A stretch of 64,000 nucleotides of DNA, from IMG/VR virus record IMGVR_UViG_3300013286_000009, positions 1 through 64,000 of that record; one strand, given 5' to 3'. Both the position numbers and the translations under genes were made by a program. Source of the DNA: a virus. This document shows positions 1 to 8,423 of the stretch, piece by piece. Position 1 is the first letter of the stretch. Each line of letters starts with the position of its first letter. The notes beneath the pieces were generated by a model. The model ran no database searches and was not told the DNA's origin. It worked only from the letters and a program-made list of their open reading frames with translations.

Positions 1-52
1 TGCCGCTACTGCCGGTGCCGCTACTGCCGGTGCCGCTACTGCTGGTGCCGCT
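1..52. repeat. 15-bp tandem repeat (TGCCGCTACTGCCGG, about 3.5 copies) encoding APAVA repeats
   Basis: Directly visible at 1-15, 16-30, 31-45 (one mismatch) and 46-52. Confidence 0.9.
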
Positions 53-288
53 GTCGGCATTGGGCCGTATTTTACATTCCAAATATCACCATATCGACTA
101 CGCCAAACTGTGCCATCACCACTAGTTGTTGCAGATAAAATTTTTCTGCCTTTGCCTTGAGGGCTATTATCAACATCGCCAATTTTTAATGGGGGATATA
201 TTTTAGGATCTAAAGGTTGCACTTCTTGATCACGCCCGCCTTCTTCTATACGTTCTAGCGATTCTAACAGTTGTTTCATCGAACTCAT
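1..288 (-). CDS. Hypothetical protein, truncated by the window edge; possible internal head protein with Ala/Pro repeats
   Basis: Not in the ORF track; hand translation from ATG at 288 gives MSSMKQLLESLERIEEGGRD...MPTAAPAVAAPAVAAPAVAA, open to position 1; it starts 13 nt after the stop of the 302 ORF. Confidence 0.7.
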   Translation of the reverse strand, partial: MSSMKQLLESLERIEEGGRDQEVQPLDPKIYPPLKIGDVDNSPQGKGRKILSATTSGDGTVWRSRYGDIWNVKYGPMPTAAPAVAAPAVAAPAVAA

Positions 289-301
289 AGTCTAGTACCT
301 G

Positions 302-2365
302 TTAATTTTTAAGATAAGATTCCATAACATCGTGTGCTTTGGCGATATTATCAACGGCACCTAGTCCAGATAATTTTTTAATACGCTCTTGTTGATGTAA
401 ACTACTACTTGGATCTATACGATCGATAGTGGCAAATACCTGTGCCTTTTCCCTCGGATCAGCATCCATAAATTCTTTTTCAAGTTTAACTTTAACTCCA
501 GTGCCACCGATAGTAAAGTTTTTCTTTTCACGATTGTAAAAACCACTGGCAAATCTTAACATGTCTTCAGCACTACTACCTTGTGGTTCTGTAGCAGGGG
601 CCATTGGTTTATCACTAGGGTCCATACCAAACTCTTCTAAAGTAAGGCCAGCCGCTAGAACCATTTCGCCCAATGTTTTATTTCCAATACGTGTATCAGC
701 AGTTGCTCCTGCCTTAACTGCTTTTGCAACAACGTAGGATAATCTATTTTCAGTTACAGGTGCGGCAGGGCCCGCTGATGCTTCTCCGCCTTCTGGTGCG
801 GCTGGGGCTGCTGGTGCGGCAGGTGCTTCACCGCTGTCTGGAGCGGGAGCAGCCGATGCGTCTGGAGCGGGAGCAGCCGATGCGTCTGGTGTTTCTTGTT
901 TAGTATCTCCGCCTTCTGCACTAAACATATCTTTATTGCCTTCATAGAATTCCGGATGATTATTTTTAAAATATTCAATAACTAATGCACGAGCATCTAT
1001 GTTAGGATTGGCACCTTCAAGGCTATGAAGCAATGTAGGGTCTGGATATACTGCTTTTACACTATCACTAATGTTAGGAAATCCTGTTAATTCTTTTGAC
1101 AATAAATCTTTTAACTTAGTCTTAGTCTCTTCATCTTCTAAACTAGGTAAATCGTCTATTTCTTCAACTAAAGAATCCATAAAGTTGATAAACTGTTTTT
1201 CTTCCTTAGTCATTTTTTCTGTTTCACGACGTGCTTTATCACTCATGTTAGTAACTTTGCCGCGGCCGTCTTTAGGTGTTGTGGATTTTTTCCATTCGCC
1301 TTCTTCCTTCCAGCTGATGACTTTACCGTCTTTATCCTTAACTTCAGTGCGCTTTTCAGCTAGCAAGTCTTCAGGATCTAACTCGCGTGTTGGTAACTCG
1401 CTTTCATCTACTAGTTTGTAGATGTATGGAAATACATCTTTCAATTCGTCTTTAAAACTACGCACAGTCAACCGATCGATCCAGTCATTCATTAGACTTT
1501 CTGGAATTTGTTTTGACTCGCTTGGTTGAAAACTTTCTGCAAACTGTTCGTAATATCCGTTTGTTTGCAATTTATGAATTTCTTTTTTAACTTGTTCTAA
1601 GCGTTCAGCAACCTTGCCATTGATTTCGCTCATTGCTTCACTTAATTGTTCGTTACGATTTACATACCCTTTGAACATGCGTAATTTTACTAGCTCTTCG
1701 CTTAAACTAACTACATGTTGTCCAATAGCATCGTATGGATTGCCGCCGTGATTGATATGTTGTGCCATTGCTCGGGCACCATTTAAATGACGTAATGGAT
1801 AACGGAAACGTTCACCTTGTGCATTGTCAATATAAATGCTTTCAATGTGCATGGTACGGCCTGCTGCCAAATCAAAGTTAACAGGCTGGGTATGTCTCAC
1901 AACTAACCTTGCCTCTCCCAAGTCTTGGTAACTTACTTTTGTAGTACCAAACATTTTGCTTTCCATCATTTTATCTTCTCCATCTTTTGCGTGGAATTCA
2001 TAATCCCGTTTATCTAGATTGCTCTTGCCTAGATTATCAACGTGATATCCTAGTAAATTTCTTCTCGCCAAATCTCTAAAACTTCTAATGAATTTGTACG
2101 CACCGTGGTGAGTTTCATTGGTTTCTTTATCGATAAGATCGCCGCCGGCTTTGATCACAACACCGTCGTCTTCATCTAGGGTAATAGTAATAGTACCCAA
2201 GGTGTTGCCGTCTTCTTTGTAATCAAACTCGAACCAACGAGCATTGGGAATATCACTTTTTTTACTTAAAACTTCGGTGGATTCGTCCGCGAACTTAATG
2301 GGGCGAAAACGGCTTTCAATTTTACCGTAAATCTCTTTTGCTACTGAATCTAAATTTGGGTCCAT
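302..2365 (-). CDS. Hypothetical acidic protein, probable prohead core/internal protein
   Basis: Start moved to MDPNLDS (2365) to remove the overlap with terL; TAAATA lies 4 nt upstream; many hydrophobic-X-E sites (MME, FAE, LAE, LVE, VTE, VME) like T4 prohead-protease sites; Ala/Pro linker. Confidence 0.55.
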   Translation of the reverse strand: MDPNLDSVAKEIYGKIESRFRPIKFADESTEVLSKKSDIPNARWFEFDYKEDGNTLGTITITLDEDDGVVIKAGGDLIDKETNETHHGAYKFIRSFRDLARRNLLGYHVDNLGKSNLDKRDYEFHAKDGEDKMMESKMFGTTKVSYQDLGEARLVVRHTQPVNFDLAAGRTMHIESIYIDNAQGERFRYPLRHLNGARAMAQHINHGGNPYDAIGQHVVSLSEELVKLRMFKGYVNRNEQLSEAMSEINGKVAERLEQVKKEIHKLQTNGYYEQFAESFQPSESKQIPESLMNDWIDRLTVRSFKDELKDVFPYIYKLVDESELPTRELDPEDLLAEKRTEVKDKDGKVISWKEEGEWKKSTTPKDGRGKVTNMSDKARRETEKMTKEEKQFINFMDSLVEEIDDLPSLEDEETKTKLKDLLSKELTGFPNISDSVKAVYPDPTLLHSLEGANPNIDARALVIEYFKNNHPEFYEGNKDMFSAEGGDTKQETPDASAAPAPDASAAPAPDSGEAPAAPAAPAAPEGGEASAGPAAPVTENRLSYVVAKAVKAGATADTRIGNKTLGEMVLAAGLTLEEFGMDPSDKPMAPATEPQGSSAEDMLRFASGFYNREKKNFTIGGTGVKVKLEKEFMDADPREKAQVFATIDRIDPSSSLHQQERIKKLSGLGAVDNIAKAHDVMESYLKN
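836..889. repeat. 24-bp tandem repeat encoding PDASAAPA x2
   Basis: TCTGGAGCGGGAGCAGCCGATGCG at 837-860 and 861-884 plus a partial copy. Confidence 0.9.
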
Positions 2366-2369
2366 ATGG

Positions 2370-2375
2370 TATTTA
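2370..2375 (-). promoter_or_regulatory. T4-late-like promoter motif TAAATA
   Basis: TAAATA-ccat-ATG; its TAA is also the terL stop codon. Confidence 0.6.
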
Positions 2376-3968
2376 TCCGAGTCCTGATATAAAAATAGGC
2401 ATAGGCGGGTCGTAATCTTCCTGCCATTCATCCCTGCTGGTCATGCTATCTGCGACACGAATGTCCCAATCGCATAGTATTTCTGCCACTCTGATAATTA
2501 GCAATAGGCTAGATACCAGGTCGTCGTGTTGTCCGTCTTTTGCTTTAAATGTGATATTGTGTGCTACAAACGTCTTTAGCTGTGTAATTGTGGGCTTGCT
2601 AGAAATCTTCATTCTATCAGTTTCTATTAGGTACTTTAACCGAGCACAGGCCGCAATTTTAGCACCATGTGTGGTGTTAAATCCTTTGCGGAACTTGCGC
2701 ACATGTCCTTTGCGTACAGGTTCGCTTACAAACAGCCCTGGGAATGTTTCTTCACCGTTTTCACTAATAGCAACTAGGGCCGCTTCGCCCACAGTGTTGT
2801 TTTCCACACTCCAGAATATGTTGTTCACATTGCGCTCGCCTATCTTTTCTTGAATATGACGCAGTATTTCTCGCAACAATTTTATCTGTTCTTGCACTTT
2901 GGTAATGTTGTTTTGCCACTCGCCTACTTGTATAAAGCCGGGTAATTCAAATATCTGTATAGCGGCAAAGTCGCCGCCTGTACCTAAACTAGGGTCTAAA
3001 CATATCGCATAAAGGTGTTGATCGCTGAGCTCTTTATACCAGCGCACTTGACCCATTTTTAACATGGGTTCTCGTCCTAACATTTCACTTAGTTTAATAC
3101 TGTCTATTAATGTTTCGTCATAAATTAGGAATTCACATCCATATTCACGGCGGAATTTTTCTTCGCCAATGCGTCCCATTTCTGTAATGCGCCATGCGTC
3201 ATCACGATCAGGATGTTCGTCCCACGCGGCTCTAAAGCCAAAGAATCCGTTACGACCACGGCCATCTTCAGTTTCATTGCCAAACGTGTCAAACTTATCT
3301 TGGCTTTCTTTCCAGATAGTAGCAAAAGTATCTTCGTCACTGTTTGGGGTTGATGTAATAATTGCTCGTCCACCAGTTGCTAGTGTTGGACTTATTGAAG
3401 TCCAAAATTCTTCAGCAATGTTAGGCTGTACGAACGCAAACTCATCACAATATAATAACGATATCGACATACCACGACCTGTGTTTCCCGTAGTAGTTTG
3501 ACTTACGATACGTGATCCGTTGTCAAATTCTATACTGCCTTTGTTATAACTAACAACACCTGCACGAATATGATCAGGGCAAAGTTCGTATCCGTAGCGA
3601 ATACGTTGCATAATTTCTTGTGCGCCCAAATACTTGTGTGCGGCAACTAAAATAGTTTGATCTGGATGGAACATGGCGTACCATAACAAGTATGCTGAAG
3701 CACAAGTGGTCTTGCCACTTTGACGCGGTAGCATGTTTACATTGAATCGGCTGTTGTGATAACTGGCTAATAATCTTATTTGATAATCAAACGGTTCAAA
3801 TAAAATCTTACCACGGACTGCATGTTGAATATAGAAAAAATGCCTAGCAAAATATAAGTATCCGTCATCTGGATGCATACATGCGGCAAAGTCAACGACT
3901 TCGTTTTCGGTAAATTTGGATTTAGTGTGCGCCTTTTTGACAAGGACGCCTTCTAATGATTTTGACAT
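2373..3968 (-). CDS. terL: Terminase large subunit (T4 gp17-like)
   Basis: Walker A PRQSGKTT, Walker B LLYCDEFAF, coupling motif ITSTPN, nuclease motifs LDPSLG and HDDLVSS. Confidence 0.95.
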   Translation of the reverse strand: MSKSLEGVLVKKAHTKSKFTENEVVDFAACMHPDDGYLYFARHFFYIQHAVRGKILFEPFDYQIRLLASYHNSRFNVNMLPRQSGKTTCASAYLLWYAMFHPDQTILVAAHKYLGAQEIMQRIRYGYELCPDHIRAGVVSYNKGSIEFDNGSRIVSQTTTGNTGRGMSISLLYCDEFAFVQPNIAEEFWTSISPTLATGGRAIITSTPNSDEDTFATIWKESQDKFDTFGNETEDGRGRNGFFGFRAAWDEHPDRDDAWRITEMGRIGEEKFRREYGCEFLIYDETLIDSIKLSEMLGREPMLKMGQVRWYKELSDQHLYAICLDPSLGTGGDFAAIQIFELPGFIQVGEWQNNITKVQEQIKLLREILRHIQEKIGERNVNNIFWSVENNTVGEAALVAISENGEETFPGLFVSEPVRKGHVRKFRKGFNTTHGAKIAACARLKYLIETDRMKISSKPTITQLKTFVAHNITFKAKDGQHDDLVSSLLLIIRVAEILCDWDIRVADSMTSRDEWQEDYDPPMPIFISGLG

Positions 3969-3973
3969 AGTTT

Positions 3974-3979
3974 TATTTA
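3974..3979 (-). promoter_or_regulatory. T4-late-like promoter motif TAAATA
   Basis: TAAATA-aaact-ATG of terL, immediately after a terminator. Confidence 0.6.
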
Positions 3980-3982
3980 CAC

Positions 3983-4010
3983 AAAAAAATAGCTCCCGAA
4001 GGAGCTATTT
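3983..4010 (-). terminator. Rho-independent terminator with UUCG loop
   Basis: Minus strand reads AAATAGCTCC-TTCG-GGAGCTATTTTTTT. Confidence 0.9.
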
Positions 4011-4029
4011 GGCATGGTTAAACAGTATA

Positions 4030-4821
4030 TTATTTGCTTTCTCTTAGTTTAACTTCTTGATATAAATTGGCCAATTGATCTAATAAACCGCCTTCTCTCA
4101 TTGGGTTAACGCCTATTGGTTGTCCTGGTCTCTGGGTTTGATCATGTTGCTTGTCTTGTCCGCCTGTGATGTCGTTGTTCATATATCCCATGCCTTGATG
4201 ACTAACATCTGGACGATTTGCGTATTCTTCATCCATATCGTCATCACCAACTGCTGCCGCTACTGCCGCCTTAATTTTCTTTTCTGGACTAATTACTGGA
4301 GTTTCTGCTTCGTGATCGCCGCTGTCAATAATTTCCATGTCGCCGTGATGTTCGCCTGGATCTAATTCGTCGTGTCCCATTTCAGGCTCATCGTGATCCA
4401 TTTCAAGACCTCCGATTGGACCATCAATTTCGATTGCACCATCTAAATCTGGTTCTGATACTGGATTATAATGCGGAGCGTGTTGGGCCGCATCTTCGAT
4501 ATTTTTTAACACATTCATTAGGTCACGAATGCCGCCTTTACCGCTAGCGTTCATGCTAACATTCATGCTGACAGTATCTTGTTGTGGAGGTTGCATGCCT
4601 GGCATAGCATGTGGCATGTTCATCATACCTGGCATTGCTGGCATATCGCCACATTCTGCTACTGGGGTTGAAGCACCACCACCTGCATTTTTAGCAGGAG
4701 TACCTGATGTGCTGAAATTTGTAAAATTATTTTTTTCAAAACTATGAGTTTCAAATGATTCCATCAACGTTTGACTTCCGTCAATCTTTCTTAATTTTTC
4801 TGCTAGTTCATGAAAATTCAT
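4030..4821 (-). CDS. Acidic low-complexity protein, probable head internal/scaffold protein
   Basis: Start MNFHELAEKL at 4821 with AAGGG upstream; D/E/H/P/M-rich; X-X-E sites (LME, VAE, MRE); lies between terS-like and terL. Confidence 0.5.
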   Translation of the reverse strand: MNFHELAEKLRKIDGSQTLMESFETHSFEKNNFTNFSTSGTPAKNAGGGASTPVAECGDMPAMPGMMNMPHAMPGMQPPQQDTVSMNVSMNASGKGGIRDLMNVLKNIEDAAQHAPHYNPVSEPDLDGAIEIDGPIGGLEMDHDEPEMGHDELDPGEHHGDMEIIDSGDHEAETPVISPEKKIKAAVAAAVGDDDMDEEYANRPDVSHQGMGYMNNDITGGQDKQHDQTQRPGQPIGVNPMREGGLLDQLANLYQEVKLRESK

Positions 4822-4822
4822 A

Positions 4823-5371
4823 TTAGTTTCCCTTGGCCGGCGTGCCAGCAAATAATTGATCGTTTACGCCTTTGTATTCTTCCAGGCCATGCTTTTCTAA
4901 GGTTTTTAGAAAGCTCATAACTTTTTTATCGCCAACCATTTCTTGGTAATCGGCATCAGCATAAGGTGTGTTTAACAATGCTTCGTCTGCATTTTTAGAA
5001 GTTGTAGTTTCTAAACCTTTCATATACTGAACGTTTAATTCTGTTTCTTGTTCTTCACCAAGTGTGCGTACTACAATGTGTTTAGTGTCGATACCTAATT
5101 TAGTATTGATAAGTTGTTGAATAACAGGAGTAATTGTTGGATAGCGTAAGGCAATATCAAACACAGTTACTTCTCTAAATTTTACGTTGGGAAAGTCGAT
5201 TGGACTTTCTTGAATAGGTGTACGTTTGGCATTTTTAATGCTTTCAACATTAAATTGTGATAGTGCAATCTTAAGATTTGTTGCGAAATCTTTAGGGATA
5301 TCACCCGCAATTTTAACCTTGTATTCGTAGGTTTTCTTGCTTTCTGTTAAGTATTCTTTGTATGATTTCAT
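4823..5371 (-). CDS. Hypothetical protein with an N-terminus resembling the T4 capsid-targeting sequence
   Basis: Start MKSYKEYLTE (5371), compared with MKTYQEFIAE of T4 internal proteins; GGAAG upstream; TAAATA at 5388-5393. Confidence 0.55.
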   Translation of the reverse strand: MKSYKEYLTESKKTYEYKVKIAGDIPKDFATNLKIALSQFNVESIKNAKRTPIQESPIDFPNVKFREVTVFDIALRYPTITPVIQQLINTKLGIDTKHIVVRTLGEEQETELNVQYMKGLETTTSKNADEALLNTPYADADYQEMVGDKKVMSFLKTLEKHGLEEYKGVNDQLFAGTPAKGN

Positions 5372-5390
5372 ATTGGCTTCCATCATGTAT

Positions 5391-5870
5391 TTATTTCATA
5401 TTCTTCAATTTTTCAATTAGGCTATTACGATCGGTGATAATAACACCTTCACCCGATATAGTAACACCGTCATCTGAACTTGAATCGTTGTCTAATTTCT
5501 GTTTCTTTAACTGCAAATCTATCATTTTTAGCTTTTTATCCAGCTTGGCTGTTTTAGCTGTAATCGCATGTCCCAGCATACTAGCCGCAACTTCAAACAT
5601 ACGGGCACTATAACGTGCTTCTACGTTCATTCCCAAGTCCATAATATCGTCATAAGCATCTTTGGCTTTTTGAGCTAGTTCATCTAGTTCTTGATCACCT
5701 AAATCTCCTAGGCCTTTTACCGCAGGTAGTGCGGCACTGATCTTATCAAATTCACTAATATCTCTAAGTAGTGGCGGTACTGCTGGCGGAAGTTCACGCT
5801 TAGTTTCTTCCGCTTTTACTACCTTTTTACTTTCAGGTAAATTTAGGATTTCTTCAAGTTTTTTAGTCAT
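5391..5870 (-). CDS. Probable terminase small subunit (T4 gp16-like)
   Basis: 159 aa, helical core DDIMDLG...ARMFEVAASML...KLKMIDLQ and a C-terminal strand-helix; lies near terL; TAAGTA 4 nt upstream. Confidence 0.6.
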   Translation of the reverse strand: MTKKLEEILNLPESKKVVKAEETKRELPPAVPPLLRDISEFDKISAALPAVKGLGDLGDQELDELAQKAKDAYDDIMDLGMNVEARYSARMFEVAASMLGHAITAKTAKLDKKLKMIDLQLKKQKLDNDSSSDDGVTISGEGVIITDRNSLIEKLKNMK

Positions 5871-5877
5871 ACTTTAC

Positions 5878-6315
5878 TTATCTTCCAGTTTGGCTGAATA
5901 GATCATTTTCATTAAGTACTCGAAACTTAATACCTTGTTGTTTCGCCCATGCACTGGCACTGGCCCACTTGGCTTGATTTTTTATATACTGTGCCTGATT
6001 ATATTTGTTCTTGCCTACTCGTTCTAGTATAGCTTGACTAGCAGGTTTAATTTCAACTAATTCTGTATGTACTTGATGATTTTTATCAATATATTGAATA
6101 AAAAAATCCGGAACGTAAACTGTTTGCTTACCAGTTAGCGGATCTCTGTAAGGTATTTTAACAGCTTCGCTAGCCCATTTTTGCACACTGACATTAGTAT
6201 CGCAAAAATTCATGAAGCTCCATTCCCAACTTGATCGGTATGTAGGTGCCGTCAACCCTACATACTTTTCGGGGTTCTTCATGACAAATTTACCTTTTGC
6301 AAATCTATTAGCCAT
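5878..6315 (-). CDS. Head completion nuclease (T4 gp4, TnsA-like PD-(D/E)xK fold)
   Basis: YRSSWE..F..FCD, WASE..IPY, YVPDF, VEIKP and NQAKW motifs. Confidence 0.9.
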   Translation of the reverse strand: MANRFAKGKFVMKNPEKYVGLTAPTYRSSWEWSFMNFCDTNVSVQKWASEAVKIPYRDPLTGKQTVYVPDFFIQYIDKNHQVHTELVEIKPASQAILERVGKNKYNQAQYIKNQAKWASASAWAKQQGIKFRVLNENDLFSQTGR

Positions 6316-6316
6316 A

Positions 6317-6688
6317 TCAGACTAGAATATTTCTAGATTCAAGTGGACTGTTTGCACCTTGTACTTTATATCCTAGCAAACTTGTATTTTCCCTATAGGT
6401 ATTCATTACCTGTGTAATCACCTGAGTCAACTGCAAATCTGTAATAGTTTTTAAACTATCTAGTAATTCAAATACATTGATACTATCTATACGAGCTTGA
6501 TTAAGCATTACAATACTAACAGTTCTTGCACTGTTAATATCAAATCCTCTTTTTTGGAAAAAACCAACTACAGCATCGATTTCGCCTGCTGGAAAACTGA
6601 CCGGATATTGATAATATTTGTCAAAAAATTGTCTAACAATAGTGGAACTATCTGTAGTACTGTTGATAGGTAAATTTGTTTGATTCAT
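6317..6688 (-). CDS. Hypothetical protein in the tail/head operon
   Basis: 123-aa ORF tightly packed between its neighbours. Confidence 0.6.
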   Translation of the reverse strand: MNQTNLPINSTTDSSTIVRQFFDKYYQYPVSFPAGEIDAVVGFFQKRGFDINSARTVSIVMLNQARIDSINVFELLDSLKTITDLQLTQVITQVMNTYRENTSLLGYKVQGANSPLESRNILV

Positions 6689-7689
6689 TATAGATTCTTT
6701 GATTTAGCTTCAGTTGTGTAAGTAACACTTTTTGTCGGAACTTGTATGTTTGACATGTTTCCACCCGACGCTGGATTATTTTGTGTTGTAGTGGTTCCTC
6801 GCTTAACTGGAACTGCACTATTAGTATTTTGATAACTGTTAACTGTTTTAATCGCGTTGTTGATAAAATTAGATTTATTGTTGTTAGTTAAATTGGCATC
6901 TAACAAAGTTGACCCATTTTTAATATCGTTGATATTGCTGATAGCGTTTAATCCAACTAACGGGCTTGGTACCTGATCGTAATTTTCAATACCAAATCCT
7001 TCAGGATCGCCGGGAGCTACAATACCAGACCCGTATTCAACTGCTTCAAATGCAATAGTCATCATGTTTTCGTGAGGCGACTGCGTCTGAGCATAGTCAA
7101 CACTTTCATGACTCCAACTAGTGACTATAGGGTTAATAAGTTTATAACTTACATACTGTCCCTGAGCCATTTGGTATATTGTGATGTAGTTAAAAAATGA
7201 ACCAGAACTACCACTATCTAATCCATAAGCATTTCTTATAAAATTAAATTTCTTAGTTGCTGTTTGATTAAAGGCGCCGGCTGTTCTTGCACTAACACTG
7301 TCTGAATAATAATAATTAAAATAATTTTGCCACATCAAATTAATTAAACCCATATTATCATCATGGAATTTAATAGTGGCATCGTCATAGGTAACTTTTT
7401 GTTGTATATTTCTTTTACGATTGTACTGGTTTACCTTATCTACCTGCATGGTAAATTTAGGCAATGATACATTTTTAACTAACATTCCTAAAACATTTTT
7501 ATAATTGTTAACTAAAACAGGTGTAGTTACTGCGTTCGGATTAATGCTTATTGCAACATGGAATAAGAAATTTTGTTTAGGACCGTAATTTTGATTATTG
7601 TCAGTAAACATCCTCGCGGCATGTTGCCAGTCGCGAAGATCGGGTCCTATATTGTTATTGCCAAGATAACCAGAGTTTTGATTTGCCAT
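6688..7689 (-). CDS. Tail-tube-fold protein (baseplate/tube initiator, gp48/gp54-like)
   Basis: LVKNVSLPKF...NQYNRKR...TYDDATIKFHDD...MTIAFE pattern typical of tube-fold proteins; adjacent to the tail tube gene. Confidence 0.65.
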   Translation of the reverse strand: MANQNSGYLGNNNIGPDLRDWQHAARMFTDNNQNYGPKQNFLFHVAISINPNAVTTPVLVNNYKNVLGMLVKNVSLPKFTMQVDKVNQYNRKRNIQQKVTYDDATIKFHDDNMGLINLMWQNYFNYYYSDSVSARTAGAFNQTATKKFNFIRNAYGLDSGSSGSFFNYITIYQMAQGQYVSYKLINPIVTSWSHESVDYAQTQSPHENMMTIAFEAVEYGSGIVAPGDPEGFGIENYDQVPSPLVGLNAISNINDIKNGSTLLDANLTNNNKSNFINNAIKTVNSYQNTNSAVPVKRGTTTTQNNPASGGNMSNIQVPTKSVTYTTEAKSKNL

Positions 7690-7693
7690 ACTA

Positions 7694-7699
7694 TATTTA
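7694..7699 (-). promoter_or_regulatory. T4-late-like promoter motif TAAATA
   Basis: TAAATA-tagt-ATG, preceded by an inverted repeat at 7706-7727. Confidence 0.6.
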
Positions 7700-7735
7700 T
7701 TACATTCATTAACTGTGTAGTTAATGATTGCCTAT

Positions 7736-7761
7736 AAAAAAGCTCGCCTAAGCGAGCTTTT
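7736..7761 (-). terminator. Rho-independent terminator after the tail tube gene
   Basis: Plus strand AAAAGCTCGC-CTAA-GCGAGCTTTT; the minus strand ends in a T6 run. Confidence 0.85.
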
Positions 7762-7763
7762 GT

Positions 7764-8408
7764 TTAACGTGGGCCTGCGCCGCCGCCAGTCGCCAGTGTA
7801 CCTGGAGTAGATGGACGTACTGAAGTTGCATTGCCGATCCCTGAACCATTTGGACTTTGTACTGCATTGTCCATTTGTAAAGTCAATGTAATTTCAGCTG
7901 GGCCTTGTTGGCCGTAATCGATAGCTTCGTAGTTAGCTTGTTGTACATAACAACCATAACACTGCCATGTTTCAAGAACATTAGGTGTACTTGCACCATT
8001 ACCACCGTCTAACATTTCGATACGTAATGTAAACTTGTAGTCTTGTCCGCTTGCGGCACTTGATTGCTCATAAAAGTCAAACTGTTTCTGCATCTGTTCG
8101 CCAACTAGTTTACTAACTGCGCCAGTGCTGTCATCGCGTAACTTAATTTGAATAGTCTGCCACTTAGGCTTTCCAGCATAGTGAATTTGACTATTGTAAA
8201 TTGGGATTACTTGATCTTCGAACTGTACGTTAGGACGAGCCGCTGACATAACTTGTTTAGTTAATTCAGTTGTAGGTGTACTAATACCGAAGTTTTCAAA
8301 GCTCACTCGAAAGCGATACTTTAACTTCGGCATCAACATACCTTGTGAGGTAGCACTTTGGTCTGACGCTAAAGGTACTGTAAAATTTGATAATGCCGCT
8401 ATTGCCAT
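7764..8408 (-). CDS. Tail tube protein (gp19-like)
   Basis: PKLKYRFRV, YAGKPKW.TI.IKLRDD, ETW.CYGCY, ITLTLQMD; directly downstream of the sheath gene. Confidence 0.88.
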   Translation of the reverse strand: MAIAALSNFTVPLASDQSATSQGMLMPKLKYRFRVSFENFGISTPTTELTKQVMSAARPNVQFEDQVIPIYNSQIHYAGKPKWQTIQIKLRDDSTGAVSKLVGEQMQKQFDFYEQSSAASGQDYKFTLRIEMLDGGNGASTPNVLETWQCYGCYVQQANYEAIDYGQQGPAEITLTLQMDNAVQSPNGSGIGNATSVRPSTPGTLATGGGAGPR

Positions 8409-8423
8409 GTTATATATTCTCCG

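Noticed and set aside
1-889. Short repeats as a possible CRISPR array
   Set aside because: They are in-frame tandem coding repeats with no unique spacers, and there are no cas genes.
5878-6315. TnsA-like nuclease as a sign of a Tn7-like transposon
   Set aside because: The motifs match T4 gp4 head completion protein in a virion operon, and there are no tnsB/tnsC genes or terminal repeats.
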